From Patescibacteria group bacterium (GTDB taxonomy: Bacteria; Patescibacteriota; Patescibacteriia; 2-01-FULL-39-33), in the NCBI GenBank assembly GCA_041649575.1, contig JBAZMW010000003.1:1-32000 (forward strand): a DNA stretch of 32,000 bases, in the 5' to 3' direction. Position numbers and translations under genes: made by a program. How positions within the stretch are numbered: the first letter of the stretch is position 1; every line of letters starts with the position of its first letter. A model generated the notes under the pieces. It ran no database searches. It saw only the letters and a program-made list of their open reading frames with translations, and had not been told where the DNA came from. Positions 25,605-32,000 of this stretch are shown here, piece by piece.

Positions 25605-26369
25605 TTAGAGCCAGGCCGCTGTTACCAAAACTATTATAAGTACCAGCCCGGCAAAGAGACTATATTGCAAAACAACCAAAGTTGTCAAATTTTTATTAAA
25701 ACGCCTCAACGCAAAAGAAGTTAATAAATAGTAAGCCAACGACAGAATTAAAGCCAGCGCATAAATACTAAGCGGCAGAAAAGTCAGAACCAAAAACAAT
25801 TCCCAAAGCAAAAGCGCCAGCACCAAAGACTGAAAAACGTTGGTTCTAGGATTGTAGCCCTCGGCAAAAAAGCGGCTGGAAAGTAAAATCAAGCAGCCCA
25901 ATAAAAAAACCACTGAGAGGCCAAATAGATTAAAGTTAATAAAAGTATAAAAATTAATAAGAACGACGGAGCCAAAAAATAAAATTATTAAGTTAAGATA
26001 GGAAACGATATTTTTAAAATCCAACAAAAAAACTTTTTTAGTCTGATAAAAGAAATGGAAAACAGATTCTAAATAGATCAGATACAAAATCGGCCAACCA
26101 AAAGAGAAAATGGCAACCGGCAAGCTACCGCTTAAAAACAAAAAATAAATAAAACCAACGCTTACAAAAACCAAGGAATGTAAAAAAGCCAGCCAACTGC
26201 CTTTGGCTGTCGTCTTGATTTTTATCAGGATAAAATAAACCAGATCTAAGACTAGAGCTAGGGCCAAAAATAAGTACCACTTGTCAAAATAATAAATCAG
26301 TCCTCTGATAGCAAAAAAATAAACCAAGGGAATCAACCAAGAAAAAACCCTTAGCAACAGAAAAAGCAT
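25605..26369 (-). CDS. Multi-pass membrane protein
   Basis: 254 aa with many hydrophobic helices. Confidence 0.7.
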   Translation of the reverse strand: MLFLLLRVFSWLIPLVYFFAIRGLIYYFDKWYLFLALALVLDLVYFILIKIKTTAKGSWLAFLHSLVFVSVGFIYFLFLSGSLPVAIFSFGWPILYLIYLESVFHFFYQTKKVFLLDFKNIVSYLNLIILFFGSVVLINFYTFINFNLFGLSVVFLLGCLILLSSRFFAEGYNPRTNVFQSLVLALLLWELFLVLTFLPLSIYALALILSLAYYLLTSFALRRFNKNLTTLVVLQYSLFAGLVLIIVLVTAAWL

Positions 26370-26387
26370 AAATAATAATTATAAAAT

Positions 26388-26837
26388 TTAAAAATCGGTA
26401 ATCAGTTTGGCTAATTTATCCAAACCACTACCGATTAACTCTGACTGAGCGGCAGGCATCTTTTCCAAATCGGAGAGAATGATAACGGCTGAAAGGTGTA
26501 AGTCTTTGGATTCCGGCGGCACCGCTAACGCTAAAAGCCGCGCCTTGGCCTTTTTGGTCTGGCCGGCAAAATCAACCAGCTTCAAACCGTCAGCCGAACG
26601 GACTTGAGAAAGATAATCATTAAGCACTCCTTTAAAACTGGCGCGGTAATTATCGCTAAGCTTAACCGCGTCGGCTGTGGTCTTTGATTGATTTCCATTT
26701 CCGGCCGCCAGACGATAGTTTGCCGAGCGCTGGGAGAAAACCAGCAACAAACCAGCACCAATAATTCCGGCGACCAAGACGCCGATTATAACCCTACTGG
26801 CCACTCTGGTTGGCGATTTTGGCTCATTAGAAACCAT
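26388..26837 (-). CDS. Hypothetical protein with N-terminal TM
   Basis: 149 aa; VIIGVLVAGIIGAGLLLVF. Confidence 0.65.
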   Translation of the reverse strand: MVSNEPKSPTRVASRVIIGVLVAGIIGAGLLLVFSQRSANYRLAAGNGNQSKTTADAVKLSDNYRASFKGVLNDYLSQVRSADGLKLVDFAGQTKKAKARLLALAVPPESKDLHLSAVIILSDLEKMPAAQSELIGSGLDKLAKLITDF

Positions 26838-26847
26838 AAAATTTAGA

Positions 26848-27201
26848 TTACAAACCCTTAAAAACCAAAACTATAATAGCGGACAAAATTAATAAAGCAA
26901 AAATAAAGACCAAAACTCCTAAAATAACCCCCAGAGAAATCAGAGCTTCTCGATACTGATGATTGTGGGCCAAATAAGCGGGATAGCCAAAAATTAGGAT
27001 CCCAGAAACTGCCACTCCCAAAACCAAAAGAATTAAAAAAGCCATGAACCCGGCCAGGACTCCGCCTGCACCAACCGGAAACAAGGTTCCGGCCGCCAGC
27101 AGAAACAACGAAATCACAATGATAAACAAAGTCTCCAAAAAACCACAAACAACGCTTCTTCTAATAACCTCCCCTTCTTCATTCTTTTTGTGTTTGAACA
27201 T
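26848..27201 (-). CDS. Small multi-pass membrane protein
   Basis: 117 aa with about 3 TM segments. Confidence 0.6.
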   Translation of the reverse strand: MFKHKKNEEGEVIRRSVVCGFLETLFIIVISLFLLAAGTLFPVGAGGVLAGFMAFLILLVLGVAVSGILIFGYPAYLAHNHQYREALISLGVILGVLVFIFALLILSAIIVLVFKGL

Positions 27202-27223
27202 TTTTTTAAGATTAAATTATTAA

Positions 27224-27556
27224 CTATAATGAAAAAGATTCTTTTAAATCTATTTCCAGCCAGTCGTCCTGCGCTTCGTCCCATTTGTAAGCCTTGAGGG
27301 TGTGGCTGAATTCGTCGTTGGAATAGATATATTCCACAGTGGTATCAGAGCCAATGCGGCGCGAACCGATAGTTTTTTTATCTAAAATAACAGGCCGCGT
27401 AATATACTCGATCTTCATTTTGCCCAGTGGGCCGGTAAATAAAAGAGTTTCTTTGTTGCCCATTTCCGGTTCGGCCAACTTGGCTTCCAGAATTTCCGCG
27501 TCTTTAAATAAGTCTTGCACCTGGCCTTTGATTTGTTGCCACTTTTCCGGCGACAT
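27224..27556 (-). CDS. Hypothetical protein
   Basis: 110-aa ORF with start MSPEKWQQIKGQVQDLFKDAEILE. Confidence 0.65.
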   Translation of the reverse strand: MSPEKWQQIKGQVQDLFKDAEILEAKLAEPEMGNKETLLFTGPLGKMKIEYITRPVILDKKTIGSRRIGSDTTVEYIYSNDEFSHTLKAYKWDEAQDDWLEIDLKESFSL

Positions 27557-27623
27557 AAATTCAATGATTAACGACTAGGTTTTGGTTATTAATAATTATT
27601 ATAACACAAAATAAAATAAAAAT

Positions 27624-28160
27624 TCAATTTAAAGAAAACTCGCAACCGCAATAGTGCTGATGATAAAATCCTCTCTCTCGGCTAAAAGTCATGGCTTGTT
27701 TGAATCTGTCTTGTTTCTTCCAATCGCCAGCCAAAAATTTAATTGCCAATTCCCTCTCCAGCTCTTGGCCGATGGCATTTATAGCGCTGGCATCTTTATA
27801 CGGCGAGATGGCCAGAGTGGAGGCAAAATAATCAAAATCGTTATCCTTGGCAAACTTGGCCGTGTTTTTTAATCGCTCCCGATAGCAAACCAGACAACGC
27901 TTGCCTCGCTCCGGTTCGTTTTCCAGCCCCGAGACTACTTTCAGCCAAGCCAGATGGTCGTAGGACGCGGTCATAAAAGGAGTGCTCCCTTGCCGAAAAA
28001 AATTTTTCACTTCCTCCAAGCGATGTTGATACTCTGCTTCGGGAAAAATATTGGGATTGTCAAAATAAATACTGACCGCAAAATCGCGAGACAGCTCCCG
28101 CGCCAAAAAGCCGCTGCAAGGCGCGCAGCAAGTATGAAGCAATAGTCGCGGTTTGTTCAT
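27624..28160 (-). CDS. queH: Epoxyqueuosine reductase QueH (DUF208)
   Basis: LLLHTCCAPCSG; YFDNPNIFPEAEY; RCLVCYRERL; FYHQHYCGCEFS. Confidence 0.93.
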   Translation of the reverse strand: MNKPRLLLHTCCAPCSGFLARELSRDFAVSIYFDNPNIFPEAEYQHRLEEVKNFFRQGSTPFMTASYDHLAWLKVVSGLENEPERGKRCLVCYRERLKNTAKFAKDNDFDYFASTLAISPYKDASAINAIGQELERELAIKFLAGDWKKQDRFKQAMTFSRERGFYHQHYCGCEFSLN

Positions 28161-28414
28161 TAAGCAACCTTTAAAACCTCGTCACCCTCCTTGACCAACT
28201 GATCAACCTTAAGCCCAAATGATTGACCCTTGGAAGCGTTGGCAACTTCCTGGTGATCAATCTGCATCGAGGTGACCGTCTGTTCGAATTCACCGGCGTG
28301 CGTTTTGACCTTAATGGTCTCGCCGACGCTTAGGTCACCGTCGGTCAGCTCGATGACACCGACGCCGATTTTGCCGAAATAGTGGGTAATGCGTCCGATT
28401 TTTTGTTCTGCCAT
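28160..28414 (-). CDS. Translation elongation factor domain-2-like small protein
   Basis: KIGRITHYFGKIGVGVIELTDGDLSVGETIKV... EF-Tu domain-2 pattern. Confidence 0.7.
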   Translation of the reverse strand: MAEQKIGRITHYFGKIGVGVIELTDGDLSVGETIKVKTHAGEFEQTVTSMQIDHQEVANASKGQSFGLKVDQLVKEGDEVLKVA

Positions 28415-28437
28415 AGATTTATTGGTTAATTTTATTT

Positions 28438-28902
28438 TTATTTTTTTAAACTCTGCCTATACTCATTTATCCTGGCGTTAACAAAGGAGTCTGCTTCGGC
28501 CAGAATGCCTTTCAAATTTTTGAAACGCAAATATTTATTGGCGGTTTTAAGGTTTAGCCAGGCATAACCGTTGTGTTCGCCAGAAATCTTTAATTCGGCC
28601 TGCAGCGGCAATTTAGCCAGAAATAAAATAAAATCTTTTTTGATTAATTGCGCTTTGCCACTACGCGCTTCCTTGAAGAAAAAATCAGTCTGCGCCCGCC
28701 AGCCATCAATCAACTTGATATCTTTAATGCCGGTTTCCTCTACTAGTTCCCTTTTAGCTCCCTGCTCTTCGCTTTCGCCGGCATCTAATTTGCCTTTGGG
28801 AAAATTCCAATAACTGCCTCGGTGGTAAAGTACCAGGTATTGCAAACCTTCCTTGGGATGTAGGCGAAAAACAATTACGCCGGCTGATTTTTCACGAATC
28901 AT
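28438..28902 (-). CDS. NUDIX hydrolase
   Basis: GKLDAGESEEQGAKRELVEETGI Nudix box. Confidence 0.93.
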   Translation of the reverse strand: MIREKSAGVIVFRLHPKEGLQYLVLYHRGSYWNFPKGKLDAGESEEQGAKRELVEETGIKDIKLIDGWRAQTDFFFKEARSGKAQLIKKDFILFLAKLPLQAELKISGEHNGYAWLNLKTANKYLRFKNLKGILAEADSFVNARINEYRQSLKK

Positions 28903-28985
28903 ATTGTTATTCCCCTCCTTTCAAAGGAGGGGCTAGGGGAGGTTTTAAAATATTTAAAATAGTTTCGATAAACCAATTTATATTA

Positions 28986-30248
28986 TTAATTATCTCCGAG
29001 ATACTTGTGGCCTTTGATTTTAGGGGGTAAATACTCTTGTTCCTCCTGATAATCATAATCCGGGCTGTATTTATAATCCTTGCCGTAATTCAAATCTTTC
29101 ATCAGCTTGGTCGGCGCATTACGCAAATGCAGCGGCACCGGCTCATCCATGGTTTCTTTGACGTCTTTTTGAACGGAGAGATAGGCGCGGTAGAGCTCGT
29201 TGCTCTTTTTGCACTTAGCCAGATAAACGACCACCTGTGCCAGAATCACATTGCATTCCGGCGTGCCGATATAATGGACGGCCTGGTAGCCGGCCACTGC
29301 CTGCTCCAAGGCGCGAGAATTGGCCAGACCGACATCTTCCGAAGCAAATCTTACCAAACGGCGAGCTACATACAGTGGGTCTTCGCCGGCCTCGAGCATA
29401 CGCGCCAGCCAATAGAGGGCGGCGTCGGCATCGGAACCGCGCAGAGATTTATGCAGAGCGGAAATCAGGTTGTAGTGCTGTTCGCCGTCTTTGTCATACA
29501 AACAGTGCGACTTCTGCAAAGAATCCCTGATAATTTTTTGATCTATTCTTATTATACCATCTTTGTCGGTTTTTGTGGCCTTGACCGCGAACTCCAAAGT
29601 GTTCAAGGCGATGCGCGCGTCGCCACTGGCAATTCTGGACAAGTATTTCAGCGCGGCTTCCTCGATATTAATTTTCAAATTGCCAAAACCTTTTCGCTGA
29701 TCAATAATCGCCCGCTTCAAAATATTGGCCAGATTTTCTTCTGATAGCTGCTCGAGCACAAAAACCCTGGCGCGAGACAGCAAGGCGGAATTGACTTCAA
29801 AACTGGGGTTCTCGGTGGTGGCACCGATAAGCGTGATGACTCCGGTCTCGACGTGCGGCAAAAGCGCGTCTTGCTGTGATTTATTCCAGCGATGAATTTC
29901 GTCGATAAAAAGCAGGGTGCGCTGGCCGTTAAACTTACGCCGATCCTGGGCTTTAGTAATAATTTCTTTTAAATCCTTAACGCCACAAGTGACGGCTGAG
30001 AAAGAAATAAAATCAGAATTGGTCAGATTAGCAATAATTCTAGCCAAAGTGGTTTTGCCCGATCCAGGCGGACCCCAAAAAATCATCGAGGGAATCTGGT
30101 CTTTTTCTATCAACTGCCGCAACAGCTTGGTTTCACCAATGATTTCGTTTTGGCCCACAAAATCGGCCAAGGTATCAGGCCTCATTCTATCGGCCAAAGG
30201 CGCTTCCAGGCCTAATTTTTGCCTTAAATTTTGATCAAATAAATCCAT
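28986..30248 (-). CDS. rarA: Replication-associated recombination protein A (RarA/MgsA)
   Basis: MIFWGPPGSGKTTLARIIA; RTLLFIDEIHRWNKSQQDALLPHVE; IGATTENPSFEVN. Confidence 0.96.
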   Translation of the reverse strand: MDLFDQNLRQKLGLEAPLADRMRPDTLADFVGQNEIIGETKLLRQLIEKDQIPSMIFWGPPGSGKTTLARIIANLTNSDFISFSAVTCGVKDLKEIITKAQDRRKFNGQRTLLFIDEIHRWNKSQQDALLPHVETGVITLIGATTENPSFEVNSALLSRARVFVLEQLSEENLANILKRAIIDQRKGFGNLKINIEEAALKYLSRIASGDARIALNTLEFAVKATKTDKDGIIRIDQKIIRDSLQKSHCLYDKDGEQHYNLISALHKSLRGSDADAALYWLARMLEAGEDPLYVARRLVRFASEDVGLANSRALEQAVAGYQAVHYIGTPECNVILAQVVVYLAKCKKSNELYRAYLSVQKDVKETMDEPVPLHLRNAPTKLMKDLNYGKDYKYSPDYDYQEEQEYLPPKIKGHKYLGDN

Positions 30249-30286
30249 GAGAACATTTTACTCTGGTTCTGTTTTTCTGCCAACTA

Positions 30287-30315
30287 TTGACAAAAATATT
30301 GAAGTATGATATAAT
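30287..30315 (+). promoter_or_regulatory. Perfect-consensus sigma70-type promoter
   Basis: TTGACA (30287-30292), 17 nt, TATAAT (30310-30315). Confidence 0.85.
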
Positions 30316-30385
30316 AGTAAATGTGAGTGTTTTAGAGAAATAGAGGAAAACAGCCAAAAACCGTGAGACATAGGAGGACTGCAAG

Positions 30386-30751
30386 ATGAAAGTTCTTTTC
30401 AAAACCGGCTGGCTGGTAGGCCGCCGCAAGTGGGCAAGCCGCCGGCGGCGCAGCAAAGCGTGGAAGCAGTTGAAGCGGGAGACCAACTGCCTCGAAGGTA
30501 TACTCCGCAGAATGGAGATGTACCACTCGTTGGAGAACTGGACTTCCCGAGAAGGGAAGGATATCAACAATAGAATGGTACTCCGTGAGGCGGCGGCCCA
30601 ACTCCCCAAGGTGGCGTCCGCGGAACAGCAATGCCGCCGCGTCGGCGTCAAGGAGGACGAGCTCGTCGCCATAGGAGAGCGACGAGCGCAGCATTGGAAG
30701 ATGGTGAGCGTAGTAGAACTGAGCCGCGCCGTAAACACGGCCGGGCTCTAA
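30386..30751 (+). CDS. Hypothetical basic protein
   Basis: SD TAGGAGG 9-10 nt before ATG, downstream of consensus promoter. Confidence 0.6.
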   Translation: MKVLFKTGWLVGRRKWASRRRRSKAWKQLKRETNCLEGILRRMEMYHSLENWTSREGKDINNRMVLREAAAQLPKVASAEQQCRRVGVKEDELVAIGERRAQHWKMVSVVELSRAVNTAGL

Positions 30752-30769
30752 CCGCGAAAGGAGAAGACC

Positions 30770-31246
30770 ATGAGCAACAAGCTGTTTGGGACCAGAGCCG
30801 CACTGTTCGCCTTGCCCATGATGGCGCTGGGCTGGACGTTGGTATTCGCGATCAAAAGGGGGTACACCGAAGAACTGGAGGCGTTGTTGTATGCTTCCTT
30901 CCTCTTCGCAGGGCTGACCTACTTCTGTTTGGCCGCCACCTGCGCCACCGCGTGCTACGACTGCTGCCGGCAGTTGTTGGGACGGCTGGAGAAAGCCTGG
31001 GCTGCCCGTACGGCCAAGGTGTCGGTGATCTGGTACGCCAACATAGCGGCCGGGGCAGCAATACTGCTGGTGGCCATCTACCTGGTGGCCTACCAGGTCG
31101 ACTGGCTCGAGTTCTTCGAGCTAAGGACGATGAGAGACAACGTACTACTCATCCTCCTGGCGACGCTGCTCGGCAGCGTCGGAGTGGCCGTCGGCGCCGG
31201 CACCAGCAATATGCTATCTATTCGCCTGTCACAGACGGACGAGTAG
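30770..31246 (+). CDS. Multi-pass membrane protein, unknown
   Basis: SD AAAGGAG; 4 TM-like segments; terminator follows. Confidence 0.75.
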   Translation: MSNKLFGTRAALFALPMMALGWTLVFAIKRGYTEELEALLYASFLFAGLTYFCLAATCATACYDCCRQLLGRLEKAWAARTAKVSVIWYANIAAGAAILLVAIYLVAYQVDWLEFFELRTMRDNVLLILLATLLGSVGVAVGAGTSNMLSIRLSQTDE

Positions 31247-31259
31247 CTCGCAGTCAACC

Positions 31260-31300
31260 GCCCCCAGAGTGAAAACTCTGCGGGGCGGTGAATTATTTTT
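31260..31300 (+). terminator. Intrinsic terminator
   Basis: CCGCCCCCAGAGT gaaa ACTCTGCGGGGCGG followed by ATTATTTTT. Confidence 0.85.
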
Positions 31301-31305
31301 AACTC

Positions 31306-31334
31306 TTGACAACCCAGAAGCAATGCTCTAATAT
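31306..31334 (+). promoter_or_regulatory. Sigma70-type promoter
   Basis: TTGACA, 17 nt, TAATAT. Confidence 0.65.
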
Positions 31335-31373
31335 AAGATGTCAAGAGCGGTTGACCACAACGGAGGAGTAGTC

Positions 31374-31640
31374 ATGGCAACTATCATCCTTGTACTTTCA
31401 GCAATCGGGGCATTATGTAGCTGGCTGATGGAATTCTCCCTGCCGCCAGACTCGCGCTTTGCTGGCAACTGGTGGGCGGAGAACAGCATCACCATCGTGT
31501 TCTGGAGTAATATGGTTCTAAGCGCCATAGTGATCGTCTTGGAGTACGCCGCCCAGAAGATCCAACAGCGAAAGAAGACGCGGGGAGGAGTCTGGCTGAA
31601 GCGCAGAAATAGGGAGTGGGATGAGAAGGAGGCCCACTGA
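31374..31640 (+). CDS. Small membrane protein, unknown
   Basis: GGAGGAG SD upstream of ATG 31374 (MATIILVLSAIGALC...); two TM segments. Confidence 0.65.
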   Translation: MATIILVLSAIGALCSWLMEFSLPPDSRFAGNWWAENSITIVFWSNMVLSAIVIVLEYAAQKIQQRKKTRGGVWLKRRNREWDEKEAH

Positions 31641-31662
31641 CAACAGTCTTGGCAGAGCAAAA

Positions 31663-31706
31663 ACGTCCGACACCGGTGACTTTAGGTGTCGGACGTATTC
31701 TTTTTG
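31663..31706 (+). terminator. Intrinsic terminator
   Basis: ACGTCCGACACC...GGTGTCGGACGT followed by ATTCTTTTT. Confidence 0.8.
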
Positions 31707-31715
31707 AAAGATAAT

Positions 31716-32000
31716 TTAATTGCCCCCAAATCTTCTGTTTCTCTTGTTGAATTCCTCGATGGCCGTATCTAAATCTGTTTGGGAAAACTCCGGCCAATGG
31801 CACTTCACAAAAAGCAACTCGCTGTAAACCGACTCCCAAGTCAGGAAGCCGGACAAACGCTGTTCACCGGAGGTGCGAATAATCAAATCCGGATCGGTTT
31901 GGCCAGCGAGCCAAATATTTTGAGAAATCAAATTTTCATCTATCTCTTGAGCCGGCCGACCGGACTGAACTATTTTTTTTACCGCTTCCACAATTTCCAA
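31716..32000 (-). CDS. uppS: Isoprenyl (undecaprenyl) diphosphate synthase, C-terminal part; N-terminus outside window
   Basis: DPDLIIRTSGEQRLSGFLTWESVYSELLFVKCHWPEF. Confidence 0.95.
   Translation of the reverse strand: MEIVEAVKKIVQSGRPAQEIDENLISQNIWLAGQTDPDLIIRTSGEQRLSGFLTWESVYSELLFVKCHWPEFSQTDLDTAIEEFNKRNRRFGGN

Noticed and set aside
30631-31272. 213-aa plus ORF and antisense ORFs 30235..30738, 30332..30694
   Set aside because: Arg/Gly/His-rich compositional translations of GC-rich DNA; the SD-preceded frames 30386 and 30770 explain the region better.
1-32000. tRNA or rRNA genes
   Set aside because: No convincing T-loop GTTCRANYC plus acceptor pairing or rRNA signature was found by eye; tRNAscan-SE should confirm.

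Overview
Gene content and the small single-membrane-pass proteins suggest a Patescibacteria/CPR-type (Parcubacteria-like) chromosomal segment. This is inference; no phylogeny was run. Positions ~1-3830 form an accessory array. The rest is mostly housekeeping: secE, nusG, rplK, rplA, a dCMP deaminase/nucleotide kinase/tmk/tmk2/thyA cluster, dnaA, gatB, miaA, dnaE, queH, NUDIX, rarA and the C-terminal part of uppS.

The main finding is that the first 3.8 kb looks like an integron-type gene-cassette array with no integrase in the window (CALIN-like). Four attC-like sites (604-767, 1305-1438, 1907-2059, 2800-2936) and a terminal half-site (3821) separate small ORFs, most of them unknown. Three of the four sites have strong inner stems whose sequence changes in a compensatory way.

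A GC-rich, ORF-less 166-bp block occurs four times (1-125 truncated, 768-933, 1439-1604, 2060-2225). In the three complete copies it sits exactly at the G|TT crossover position of the attC R' box. Removing the block in silico restores R' boxes (GTTAGTA, GTTAAGT) that match the R'' box at the far end of the same cassette. The block also has cassette logic of its own: an internal 20-mer TGTCGCTGAATGCGCCGCGG is the perfect reverse complement of the junction CCGCGGCGCA|TTCAGCGACA that circularisation would create. It therefore behaves like a minimal 'attC-only' cassette, or an attC-targeting MITE, using an A|TT/AAT crossover instead of G|TT/AAC. The cassettes carrying the block also have unusually long, cassette-specific inverted repeats flanking the gene.

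Other observations: an HtrA-like PDZ protein that has lost its whole catalytic triad, a divergent ThyA-family protein next to a second thymidylate kinase, a 27-bp in-frame tandem duplication at the dnaA 3' end, and higher-GC gene modules bounded by near-consensus promoters and terminators.
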